In this document: piece after piece, positions 26,973 to 36,014 of the stretch
Layout: each line of letters opens with the position of its first letter
Position numbering within the stretch: position 1 is the stretch's first letter
Assembly (NCBI GenBank): GCA_018302745.1
Contig: JAGVZH010000014.1
Span: forward strand, 1 to 37,235
Origin: Candidatus Woesearchaeota archaeon
GTDB lineage: Archaea > Nanobdellota > Nanobdellia > SCGC-AAA011-G17 > JAGVZH01
Length of the DNA stretch: 37,235 nt
Direction of reading: 5' to 3'
Notes under the pieces: model-generated
Told to the model about the DNA's origin: nothing
Seen by the model: the letters and a program-made list of their open reading frames with translations, nothing else
Database searches by the model: none
Translations under genes and position numbers: made by a program

Positions 26973-27809
26973 TGGCTACTTCAATATGGATTATTTTAAG
27001 AATAATTCGGTTGATACTGTGTTTAATTTTTTTTAAGTATCCATCCTCCCAAGCATTCCGATAAAGATATTCCCTCAAATTATGGCTTAAAATATGATAA
27101 TATATCTTTTATGACATCTGACGGAATAAAGATAAAGGCTTGGTTGATTACCTCTAAGAAGGCCAGTGGAACTGTAATAATCGGTCATGGATATCCTTTT
27201 AATAAAGGGAACATACTGCATGTTGCAAAATTTCTTTATCCTGATTATAATCTCGTTTTTTATGATCACAGGTATTTTGGTGAAAGCTCTGGATTTATAA
27301 CTACTGTTGGCTTTAAGGAAGTAAAAGATATAGAGGCCACTATAAAATTTGTAAAGGAAAGATTTGGTAAAAAAGAGCCTATCGCACTATATGGATTTTC
27401 TCTTAGTGCATCAGCAATGATCATGTCTAAGGCAGATGTCAATGCAATTATAGCTGATTCATCATATGCTGATTTGAGTAGAATGATAGAGCACACATAT
27501 TCAATATTTGGTTTTTTAAAATATCCTTTCGTTAAAACTACGGAACTTTATTCTATAATATTTTTAAATATCCATCCTAAAGAAGTTTCTCCAGCTTTGG
27601 CTATTAAAGACACTAATGTACCTTTGTTTGTTATTCATGGAGAAAAAGATAGCCAAATTCCGGTTGAAAATGCATATGCATTAAAAGAAAGCAATCCTAA
27701 TATAGAACTTTGGATAGCGAATGGTAGTGATCACGGTCAAGCTTATGCCCTTTACAAAGATGAATATACTAGTAGAATTAAATCATTTTTGGAAAAACAT
27801 ATGAAATGA
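26972..27809 (+). CDS. Alpha/beta hydrolase with N-terminal anchor, frameshifted at or just after the T8 tract (27027-27034); intact ORF 27111-27809
   Basis: GHGY, YDHRYFGES, GFSLS nucleophile elbow, IHGEKD, DHG; ATG at 26972 overlaps acpS stop but is out of frame by 1 nt. Confidence 0.8.
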
Positions 27810-29029
27810 AATCGTTAAAAAAACAAATATTTGGCTGGAGCATGTATGATTTTGCCAATACCATCTTCTCTGCCTTGTTTATTACTGTTTATTTTCCTTT
27901 GTTTGTAGTTCTTAATGGAGGCACTTCTTTTTATGTAGGACTAACAATGTCTATATCTATGTTGTTGGCAGGATTGCTAGTTCCTTTTTTAGGGGCAATT
28001 GCGGATATTACTCAAAGAAAGAAGCTTTTGCTGTTTATTTTTACATTATTATCCTGCATATTTACACTATTTACCGGACTTTTTGACTTAACTTTGATTT
28101 TAATATTAGGCTTACTTGCAAATTTCTTTTATCATGCAAGTTTGGATGTTTATGACTCTTTGCTTGTTGATATCTCAAGTAAAAAAAATATTGGGTGGAT
28201 ATCTGGAATAGGAACTGCTGTTGGTTATTTAGGGACTATATTAAGCGTTGCAATAGCTTATATTGTCGGATTAATTTATGGTTTTGAAACTACGCAGGGA
28301 ATAAGAATAATATTTTTATTAGTAGCAATATTATTTTTTAGTATTTCTCTAATTACCTTTTTTTATGTTAAAATAACTTCAAAGGTTAAAATCAAAAAAG
28401 AGCATTTTTCTGAAGCTTTTAAAAGAGTAATTTTTACAATTAAGAATATCAAACAATTTAAGCATATAGGGATATTTTTATTAGCTTCATTTTTATATAT
28501 GGATGCGGCTAATACCTCAATAATCTTTTTATTCTTATATGGCAGGGACCAATTAGGCTTAAGCCTAGTTCAGTTTCTTCCCCTTTATGTCTTGATGGCT
28601 ATAGCTGCTTTTATTGGTTCTTTGATTTTTGGAAAAATAACAGATAAAGTTGGCCATAAGAAAACATTAACTATGGTTTTATTTTTATGGGTTTTAGTTA
28701 TTTTGAATTTATATATAAAAACAACATATACAACATTCATAATTACAGGCATTTTCGGAGGAGCTTTATTGGGAGGCATATGGACAATTACAAGGCCTAT
28801 CCTGGTTGAATTATCGCCAAAGGCTAAAATAGCAGAATTATTTGGATATCAGGGATTAACTGAAAAATTTTCAGGCGTAATAGGACCGGCATTATTTGGC
28901 TATGTAGCTACTTTCATTGATTTTAGACAGGCTCTTTTGGTTGTCATTGGCTTATTCTTAGCAGGAGCATTAGTTCTTTCATTTGTTAAGAAAAATAAGG
29001 AAAAGTATTTAAATAAAGATTTAGGATAA
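27806..29029 (+). CDS. MFS transporter (UMF1/Atg22-like)
   Basis: WSMYDFANT, PFLGAIAD, ISGIGTAVGYLG, GKITDKVGHKK, ~12 TM helices. Confidence 0.9.
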   Translation: MKSLKKQIFGWSMYDFANTIFSALFITVYFPLFVVLNGGTSFYVGLTMSISMLLAGLLVPFLGAIADITQRKKLLLFIFTLLSCIFTLFTGLFDLTLILILGLLANFFYHASLDVYDSLLVDISSKKNIGWISGIGTAVGYLGTILSVAIAYIVGLIYGFETTQGIRIIFLLVAILFFSISLITFFYVKITSKVKIKKEHFSEAFKRVIFTIKNIKQFKHIGIFLLASFLYMDAANTSIIFLFLYGRDQLGLSLVQFLPLYVLMAIAAFIGSLIFGKITDKVGHKKTLTMVLFLWVLVILNLYIKTTYTTFIITGIFGGALLGGIWTITRPILVELSPKAKIAELFGYQGLTEKFSGVIGPALFGYVATFIDFRQALLVVIGLFLAGALVLSFVKKNKEKYLNKDLG

Positions 29030-29061
29030 AATAAAAAAGTGATGCATTAGAAGAGACTAAG

Positions 29062-29295
29062 ATGAAAAACCTTAATATTTTTTTGTATACTGCGATTGTT
29101 GTTGTTCTTTTAATTGCAGCTGTTTTAATACAGGAAAAAAGAATGGAATTGGAAGCAAAGGAAATATGTCAAAAAAATAACCTGAGCTATCAAAGCAAAA
29201 TAAAAGAAAACTCTTTTCAATTAAAAGCTGCTTTATGCAAATCAGGATGCAATAATGATTTCTGCAAGGTTAGCTTTTACCAGATTAAACCATAA
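29062..29295 (+). CDS. Small membrane-anchored Cys-containing protein
   Basis: N-terminal hydrophobic helix, four Cys. Confidence 0.55.
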   Translation: MKNLNIFLYTAIVVVLLIAAVLIQEKRMELEAKEICQKNNLSYQSKIKENSFQLKAALCKSGCNNDFCKVSFYQIKP

Positions 29296-30934
29296 CTTTT
29301 TTATTTCTTATCCCTGAATAAAGCAAGATTACTAGTAGAATAGATGCCATAAAAAATCCGAAGTATGCTATTAAATTAGCCCTTCCAGAATTTAATACCA
29401 AACCAGAGCCGATAATCAAAGCAGCAGTAATGACGCCCAAAACAATCTTATTGCTGCTTCTTCCAACTTCCCTTTCAAGCTCAGCAACATCCTTATGCTC
29501 TAACTGTAGCTTTAGCTGCCCTTCTTTTAATCTTTCTAGAATCTCTGATGTATGCTTTGGAAGTTTACTGAAATCTTTTCTTAAGTTAAGTAAATCCAGT
29601 AAAGTTCCCTTAAATAATTTTAATGGGCTTATTCTTTTTTTGATAAGATGCTCTACATAAGGTCTTGACTCTTCAATAAGATTAAACTTAGGATCTAATT
29701 CCCTTCCCAATCCCTCTGCTGTTATCATGCCTTTGCTTAATAACACTAGATCAACAGGAATCTTTGCTCCGTATTTAACTCCAAGATTCATAACACTATA
29801 CAAAAGTCTTCCTGGATTTATATCTTCTAATCTCCTGTCATAATACTCACCAAGATAATCAATCAGGTCTTCCCTGAACTCATGGTTATCAACTTCCCTG
29901 CTTATTATTCCTATGCTGGCAAACCCATTTACAATCCCTTCCATGTCTTTTCTTATCAAAGCTATGAACAAATCAGTCAGATTTTCTCTTGTTTCCTCAT
30001 CTAACTTTCCAACTATCCCAAAATCCAAAAAAGCAATTCTGTCAGACCTTAAAACTAGAATATTTGCAGGATGAGGGTCTGCATGAAAAAAGCCAAATTC
30101 AAAAACCTGTTTAAAAAAGCTGTTCACTATTGTCTTTGCTATCTTCCCCCTGTCAAACTGCCCCTTAATCTCTCCTATTTTCATGCCTTCGATAAAGCTC
30201 ATAGTCAAAACTCTTTTTGAGCTGTAATCCCAGTAAACTTTAGGAACCCTTACTGCAAAATCATCTTTAAAATTTCTATAAAATCTTGAGATATGCCTTC
30301 CTTCAACAGTATAATCCAATTCTTCTTTTGTATATCTCTCAAATTCCCTGATGATTTCCTTGAGATTTATATTTTTCAGCTTTTCACTATGTGCAGAAAA
30401 TAGTTCTTCTAAATGGTACATTATGTCAATATCGTCCCTTATCATCTCTTTTATGTCTGGCCTTTGAACTTTAACAGCTACTCTTTCTCCATTTTTCAGA
30501 ATAGCCTCGTGAACCTGTCCAATAGAGGCAGATGCTATGGGAATTTCTTTAAAAGATGTAAATATTTCATTAAATTCCTGCTTAAGGTCTTTTTTTATTA
30601 TTTCTTTTACCTTGTCAAATGAAAAACTAGCAATATCATCTCTTAATTTTCTAAATTCCTTGCAATATTCTTCATTAATTAAATCTGGTCTTAAGCTTAA
30701 CAATTGTCCAAGTTTAACGAAAGTAGGTCCTAATTCCTCAAAAGCTTTTCTTAATCTGACGCTGTCACTTTGCTTCATAGTCAGAATTTTATCAGCAAAT
30801 CTCTGTCTTCCCATATATGGCAGATAAGAATGCAGTTTTAAGTCCTCAAAAAAGTGGCCAAATCCATATTTTGTAAAAACAGTGACTATCTTCCTTATTC
30901 TGTTAGCGTCTCTGAAGCCCTGAACAATCCCCAT
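29285..30934 (-). CDS. AarF/UbiB/ABC1 atypical kinase
   Basis: LGPTFVKLGQLLSLRPDL (KxGQ), ASASIGQVH, VAVKVQRP, FFHADPHPAN, LDFGIVG, C-terminal TMs. Confidence 0.95.
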   Translation of the reverse strand: MGIVQGFRDANRIRKIVTVFTKYGFGHFFEDLKLHSYLPYMGRQRFADKILTMKQSDSVRLRKAFEELGPTFVKLGQLLSLRPDLINEEYCKEFRKLRDDIASFSFDKVKEIIKKDLKQEFNEIFTSFKEIPIASASIGQVHEAILKNGERVAVKVQRPDIKEMIRDDIDIMYHLEELFSAHSEKLKNINLKEIIREFERYTKEELDYTVEGRHISRFYRNFKDDFAVRVPKVYWDYSSKRVLTMSFIEGMKIGEIKGQFDRGKIAKTIVNSFFKQVFEFGFFHADPHPANILVLRSDRIAFLDFGIVGKLDEETRENLTDLFIALIRKDMEGIVNGFASIGIISREVDNHEFREDLIDYLGEYYDRRLEDINPGRLLYSVMNLGVKYGAKIPVDLVLLSKGMITAEGLGRELDPKFNLIEESRPYVEHLIKKRISPLKLFKGTLLDLLNLRKDFSKLPKHTSEILERLKEGQLKLQLEHKDVAELEREVGRSSNKIVLGVITAALIIGSGLVLNSGRANLIAYFGFFMASILLVILLYSGIRNKKVMV

Positions 30935-31023
30935 AAATATGTTTAAGATACTTAATTTATATATTTATCTTTTTGAACTTTTTGAACAGAAAACTTATAA
31001 AACCCTGATTTCACCCTTATCTT

Positions 31024-31590
31024 ATGATTGACAGAAAGCATTTTGAGGCTTTAAAAAAAGAGCTCAAACAATTTGGAATAAAAAGAGAACATGCGATAAG
31101 AGATTCTAGGGAAGTAATCAACCTTTCCAAGCAGATTATCCATTATATCCATAGAAATGAGTTCAAAAGAACAAATGCATTAATAAGCAAAATAAAAAAT
31201 AAAGTTAAGAAAATTCCTAAACATGCTTTAGATACAGACATAAACAGAGTCGCCTTACAAGAATATGTTGAGGCAATGGCATACCATCATTTTGTCAAGT
31301 ATAAAAAATTAATTTCAAAGTCAAAATTAAAAGTGGATGCAGAGTCTTATTTATTGGGATTGGCTGATTTGTCAGGAGAACTAGTAAGAAGGGCAGGAGC
31401 TGAAATAATAAGAAAAAACTACAAGGAAGCTGAAAGAATCAAGAAATTTGTAAACCTTCTTTACGGAGAATTTCTTGGGCTTGACCTAAGAGGCTCTGAT
31501 CTAAGAAAAAAGTCAGATGCTTTAAGGTGGAATCTTAAAAAATTAGAAGAGACTATGCTGGATTTTACAAGAGCAATAAGAGGAAGATAA
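31024..31590 (+). CDS. Translin/TRAX (C3PO)-like protein
   Basis: SREVINLSK, QEYVEA, YLLGLADLSGEL, LRKKSD. Confidence 0.88.
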   Translation: MIDRKHFEALKKELKQFGIKREHAIRDSREVINLSKQIIHYIHRNEFKRTNALISKIKNKVKKIPKHALDTDINRVALQEYVEAMAYHHFVKYKKLISKSKLKVDAESYLLGLADLSGELVRRAGAEIIRKNYKEAERIKKFVNLLYGEFLGLDLRGSDLRKKSDALRWNLKKLEETMLDFTRAIRGR

Positions 31591-31591
31591 A

Positions 31592-32953
31592 ATGTTAAGG
31601 ACTCATAATTGCGGTGAATTAACTAAAAAAGACAAAGGAAAAGAAGTAATTTTATCAGGTTGGCTGCATTCTTCAAGAGTTCAAAAAAAATTCAGTTTTA
31701 TTGATTTAAGAGATAGATATGGAGTGACACAATTATTCTTAGATGAAAAATTTAATGACCAAATTTCAAAATTAGGAAAAGAATCTGTTATACAGGCTAA
31801 AGGTATTGTTCAGGTAAAACCTGCTCCAAATCCAAAATTAAAAACTGGAGAAATAGAAGTTAAGGTTTCTTCTATAGAAGTTCTGAATGAATCAGATGAG
31901 TTGCCTTTGGATTTGTCTGGAGAGATTGAATCAACAGAAGAAACAAGATTGAAGTACAGATATCTGGATTTAAGAACAGAAAAGATGAAGAATAATATAA
32001 TAACAAGGTATAAAATTACAAAATCAATAAGGGATTCTCTTCACAAACAGGATTTTTTAGAGATAGAAACTCCTATGCTGGCAAAGTCAACTCCAGAAGG
32101 TGCAAGGGATTATTTAGTTCCTTCGAGAGTTAATCCAAAAAAATTCTTTGCCCTTCCACAGTCGCCCCAGATATTTAAGCAGTTATTGATGGTTTCCGGA
32201 TTTGACAGATACTTTCAGATAGTAAGATGCTTCAGGGATGAGGATTTAAGAGCTGACAGGCAGCCAGAATTCACTCAATTGGACATGGAGATGAGTTTTG
32301 TTGGAGAAGAAGATGTTTATTTTGCAATAGAACAGTTAATGAAAGATATCTGGAAAGATGTTTTGAACATTAATATAAAAATCCCATTCCAAAGAATGAC
32401 TTATGAAGAAGCTATAAAAAAACATAAAACTGACAAGCCAGATTTGAGAAAAAACAAAGATGAATATGCATTTTTGTGGGTTACAGATTTTCCATTGTTG
32501 GATTTTAATGAAGAAGAAAAGAGATATGTTGCAATGCACCATCCATTTACAAGCCCAAAATTAGAAGATGTTAAATTGCTTGACAAAAATCCTGAAAAGG
32601 CAAGGGCAAGAGCCTATGATTTAGTATTAAATGGAGAGGAAATTGGCGGCGGTTCGATAAGGATCCATAAAAAAGAATTGCAGGAAAAAATATTCAATGC
32701 TATTAAGATGACTAAAAAAGAGGCTGAAGATAAGTTCGGGTTTTTGATGAATGCTTTTAAATATGGAGCCCCTCCTCATGGAGGCATTGCATTAGGCTTG
32801 GATAGGATAGCAGCAATAGTGACTGGAAACAGCAATATAAGGGAAGTTATAGCTTTTCCAAAAAACCAGGATGCAAAGGACTTGATGATGGGTTCTCCAT
32901 CTGAAGTTGATAAAAGTCAATTAAAGGAATTAGGAATAAAGTTTGAAAAATGA
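31592..32953 (+). CDS. aspS: Aspartyl-tRNA synthetase, bacterial-type, lacking the GAD insertion
   Basis: MLRTHNCGEL, FIDLRD, STPEGARDYLVPSR, LPQSPQIFKQLLM, FRDEDLRADRQPEFTQLD, GAPPHGGIALGLDR; 453 aa. Confidence 0.95.
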   Translation: MLRTHNCGELTKKDKGKEVILSGWLHSSRVQKKFSFIDLRDRYGVTQLFLDEKFNDQISKLGKESVIQAKGIVQVKPAPNPKLKTGEIEVKVSSIEVLNESDELPLDLSGEIESTEETRLKYRYLDLRTEKMKNNIITRYKITKSIRDSLHKQDFLEIETPMLAKSTPEGARDYLVPSRVNPKKFFALPQSPQIFKQLLMVSGFDRYFQIVRCFRDEDLRADRQPEFTQLDMEMSFVGEEDVYFAIEQLMKDIWKDVLNINIKIPFQRMTYEEAIKKHKTDKPDLRKNKDEYAFLWVTDFPLLDFNEEEKRYVAMHHPFTSPKLEDVKLLDKNPEKARARAYDLVLNGEEIGGGSIRIHKKELQEKIFNAIKMTKKEAEDKFGFLMNAFKYGAPPHGGIALGLDRIAAIVTGNSNIREVIAFPKNQDAKDLMMGSPSEVDKSQLKELGIKFEK

Positions 32954-34245
32954 AATTTATATCAATACAGGAAGCATTGGATAAAAAAGAAGGAAAGGTT
33001 TCTCTAAGAGGATGGGTTTACAGGGAAAGAAAGCAGAAAGAGATGGCTTTCATAGTCATGAGAGATTCCTCAAACATAATTCAGTGCGTAGTGAAGGAAG
33101 ACAAAGTTAGCAAAAAAGAATGGGAAGACGCAAACAAGATTCTTATTGAATCATCATTAGAAATAGAAGGAACTTTAAAAGAGGATAAGAGAGCCCCAAC
33201 AGGCTATGAATTACAAGTTTCTAAATTGAATGTTATTCATTTTGCAGAAAAATTTCCAATCTCAAAAGACCATTCTCCGGAATTTTTGCTTGATGTAAGG
33301 CATCTGTCATTAAGATCAAGAAAATTAACCAATGTTTTAAAAGTGAGATCAACAGTTTTTAAAGCAATACATGATTACTTCAGGTCATTTGGATATTATG
33401 AGTATCATTCTCCCTGCTTCACTCCAAATGCAGCAGAAGGAGGCTCAACTCTGTTCAAAGTGGATTATTTTGGCAAGCCGATTTATCTTACTCAAACCTG
33501 GCAGTTATATGCAGAAGCAGGAATTTTTGCTTTGGAAAAAATATATACAATAGCGCCTTCATTCAGGTCAGAAAAATCAAAAACATCAAGGCATCTAACA
33601 GAATATTGGCATGCCGAAGTTGAGACTGCATGGCAGCATTTTCCTGAACTATTAGATCTGGCAGAAGGATTAATAAAATATATAGTAAAAACAGTACTAA
33701 AAGAAAACAAAAAAGAATTAGATATATTAGGAAGGGATACAAAAAAACTAGAGCCTATAGTAAAGGAAAAATTTCCAAGAATAACTTACAAAGAAGCTTT
33801 GAAAATCCTTGAGCAAAAGGCGAAAATAAAAATTCCATACGGAAAGGACTTAAGGACAGTAGAAGAAGATGCTTTGTCAAAACTTTATAATACTCCTGTT
33901 TTTGTAACGCATTATCCAAAGATAATAAAGGCTTTTTACATGAAAGAGGATGATAAAGATAAAGGTGCAGTTTTAGGCTCAGACTTAATAGCGACAGAAG
34001 GTTATGGGGAAATTATTGGGGCAAGTGAAAGAGAAACAGATATTAAAGAGCTGGAAAAGAAACTAAAAGCTCAGGGTGAGGACCCAAAAAAGTATGGATG
34101 GTATTTGGATACAAGAAGGTATGGAAGTGTTCCTCATGCCGGATTTGGATTAGGTGTAGAAAGAGTGATTGCATGGGTTTGCGGCTTGGATAATATTAAG
34201 GATGCTATTCCATTCCCAAGAACAATGTTAAGGTATCAGCCTTAA
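32950..34245 (+). CDS. asnS: Asparaginyl-tRNA synthetase
   Basis: LRGWVYR, EGGSTLF, YLTQTWQLY, FRSEKSKTSRHLTEYW, GEIIGASER, RRYGSVPHAGFGLGVER. Confidence 0.93.
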   Translation: MKFISIQEALDKKEGKVSLRGWVYRERKQKEMAFIVMRDSSNIIQCVVKEDKVSKKEWEDANKILIESSLEIEGTLKEDKRAPTGYELQVSKLNVIHFAEKFPISKDHSPEFLLDVRHLSLRSRKLTNVLKVRSTVFKAIHDYFRSFGYYEYHSPCFTPNAAEGGSTLFKVDYFGKPIYLTQTWQLYAEAGIFALEKIYTIAPSFRSEKSKTSRHLTEYWHAEVETAWQHFPELLDLAEGLIKYIVKTVLKENKKELDILGRDTKKLEPIVKEKFPRITYKEALKILEQKAKIKIPYGKDLRTVEEDALSKLYNTPVFVTHYPKIIKAFYMKEDDKDKGAVLGSDLIATEGYGEIIGASERETDIKELEKKLKAQGEDPKKYGWYLDTRRYGSVPHAGFGLGVERVIAWVCGLDNIKDAIPFPRTMLRYQP

Positions 34246-34721
34246 TTCTTAAACTTAAACAAAGTGTCTTTTTTCTTGTTTATTAAGTATATTACCAGCA
34301 AGAATATTAAAACTATTGTAGCAAATCCAAATTTCGACTTTGTGTCAAAATAAATCCATGTTGCAAAGAAAGTTGTTATTATTGATCCTAAGAATATTCC
34401 GGCAACAATGCTTCCTTCTAAAGGAATAAATATTACAAAAAGCAGTGCAATTAAATTGAACAGGGTAATTGTAAAATATTTCCAGGACTCATAAGCCTGC
34501 TTGTCATCTTCAAATTTTTCCCTTTCGTCTTTTTCATCTTCAGCGCATTTCTGAACTTCAGTCTCATTATATTCAGGAGATAGTCTGGGTCCATAGCATT
34601 TGCTTTCATAATATGAATGATCTCCAGTATATTTGGGAAAGAAAACATTTGCTCCCATAAAAACCATAGGAATGTAAAGCAATAATACAACCAAGCTGAA
34701 AACAATTTTAGTCCAATTCAT
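34242..34721 (-). CDS. Hypothetical membrane protein (~4 TM)
   Basis: Hydrophobic segments flanking a charged loop with two Cys. Confidence 0.75.
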   Translation of the reverse strand: MNWTKIVFSLVVLLLYIPMVFMGANVFFPKYTGDHSYYESKCYGPRLSPEYNETEVQKCAEDEKDEREKFEDDKQAYESWKYFTITLFNLIALLFVIFIPLEGSIVAGIFLGSIITTFFATWIYFDTKSKFGFATIVLIFLLVIYLINKKKDTLFKFKN

Positions 34722-34776
34722 AATTTAAAGAGATTAGTTTCTGTTTAAATACTTTATTAAATAAAAAAATAAAAAT

Positions 34777-35190
34777 CTACTCTTCTGACCTGTATGAAAC
34801 AATGTTTACAGCTTCTTCAAAAGTAATCTTTGACCTTCCTCTTGTTTCAAGGTCTAATGCTCTTGTTGCGCCGTCAACTTCGCTTACTGACAATAATCTG
34901 TCTCCATTGTCTATAGCTCTTGCCAGATTAAATCCATCCTGGCTATGAACTCCCCTAAACTCAGGGCAGACAGAATTTACCAGATAAACAAGCCTTTCCA
35001 TAGCTTTGTCAGCGCCTGATGCATATTCAAATTCCCAGCTGTGTCCAAAGTCTAATTGCTTCCTTTCAGAAGTTCTCCTTGAAGTTGGGTTTTCTTTTTC
35101 ACCAGACCCTAAACAGCCTGTTAATCCCAAAGTTGCTGCCAAGCCCAAGCCAATTCCTACTTTTCTTAAGTAATTCATTTTAACCCCCAT
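34777..35190 (-). CDS. Putative lipoprotein
   Basis: RK then hydrophobic stretch then LTGC lipobox. Confidence 0.65.
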   Translation of the reverse strand: MGVKMNYLRKVGIGLGLAATLGLTGCLGSGEKENPTSRRTSERKQLDFGHSWEFEYASGADKAMERLVYLVNSVCPEFRGVHSQDGFNLARAIDNGDRLLSVSEVDGATRALDLETRGRSKITFEEAVNIVSYRSEE

Positions 35191-35250
35191 AGTTTAAAAC
35201 CTGATTTTAAAGAAAAATAGCCATTTATAAGTTTTATTATTCTAAAGTAG

Positions 35251-35925
35251 TTATTTAAAAACCTCTCCAGTTTCCATGCTCCAGAAAAGTAAATCCAATT
35301 CGTCCATGTCAATGCTAACTTCCCTGCTGAAATCCTTAAATTTTTTTTCTATCTCAAAATATACCTTAGGGGTTAAAGTTTTTGGGAGTTCATTAATGAC
35401 ATTAGATTTATGCAAGTTCTTCAAAATATGCCTGTCCAATATTGCTAATCCCCTATATCCAATATTCCTGAGAAAATGACTGGATTCTTTTAATCCTAAT
35501 CCCTTAACATTCTTGACCAACCATAATCTTAATTCCTCATTGTTTTTAATTTCATTTAGCTTTTTCTTAATCAGGGGAAATTTCTCTTTTGCCTCCATGA
35601 GGTATTTAGCTTTATTATTGTTAAATCTTACATTTACAATCAATTTAGCAGGATTAAATGCTTCTGCATTGTAAAAATCCCTTTCCTTTAAATTTTTGAT
35701 GCATTTGTCAGCTGCTTTTGCGCTTGATTGCGGTGTTAACAAGCAGAAACAAAGCTCATAAAAAAGTTCTTCATCATTTCTGTCTTGCTTAAAATCGTTT
35801 AACCTGTCTTTTATTATATCTTTTTTTTCTTCATAATCTCTTTTAATATCATTAATCATACCAACACCCTGACTTTTAATCTTTCTATGCATATTCTTTC
35901 TTAGTTTATATGCATTTCCCCGCAT
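35251..35925 (-). CDS. ogg: 8-oxoguanine DNA glycosylase/AP lyase (HhH-GPD); true start may be 35859
   Basis: ELCFCLLTPQS, VRFNNNKAKY, VKGLGLKESSHFLRNIG, ILDRH, LDLLFW. Confidence 0.92.
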   Translation of the reverse strand: MRGNAYKLRKNMHRKIKSQGVGMINDIKRDYEEKKDIIKDRLNDFKQDRNDEELFYELCFCLLTPQSSAKAADKCIKNLKERDFYNAEAFNPAKLIVNVRFNNNKAKYLMEAKEKFPLIKKKLNEIKNNEELRLWLVKNVKGLGLKESSHFLRNIGYRGLAILDRHILKNLHKSNVINELPKTLTPKVYFEIEKKFKDFSREVSIDMDELDLLFWSMETGEVFK

Positions 35926-35991
35926 AGCATAAGCTAACTAAAACAAGTAAAAAGAAAAATAGCTCTTAATAAAAACTTATTTTTTTGGTGC

Positions 35992-36014
35992 GTCGCATTC
36001 GGTAATTACACGAC
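35992..36014 (-). other. Imperfect GC-rich hairpin directly after the putative variable region
   Basis: Minus strand GTCGTGT-AATTACCGA-ATGCGAC starting immediately after the stop codon. Confidence 0.4.

Noticed and set aside
29285..30934. UbiB kinase as part of the acyl cassette
   Set aside because: Opposite strand, own promoter and separated by another gene; a lipid-related link is possible but unsupported here
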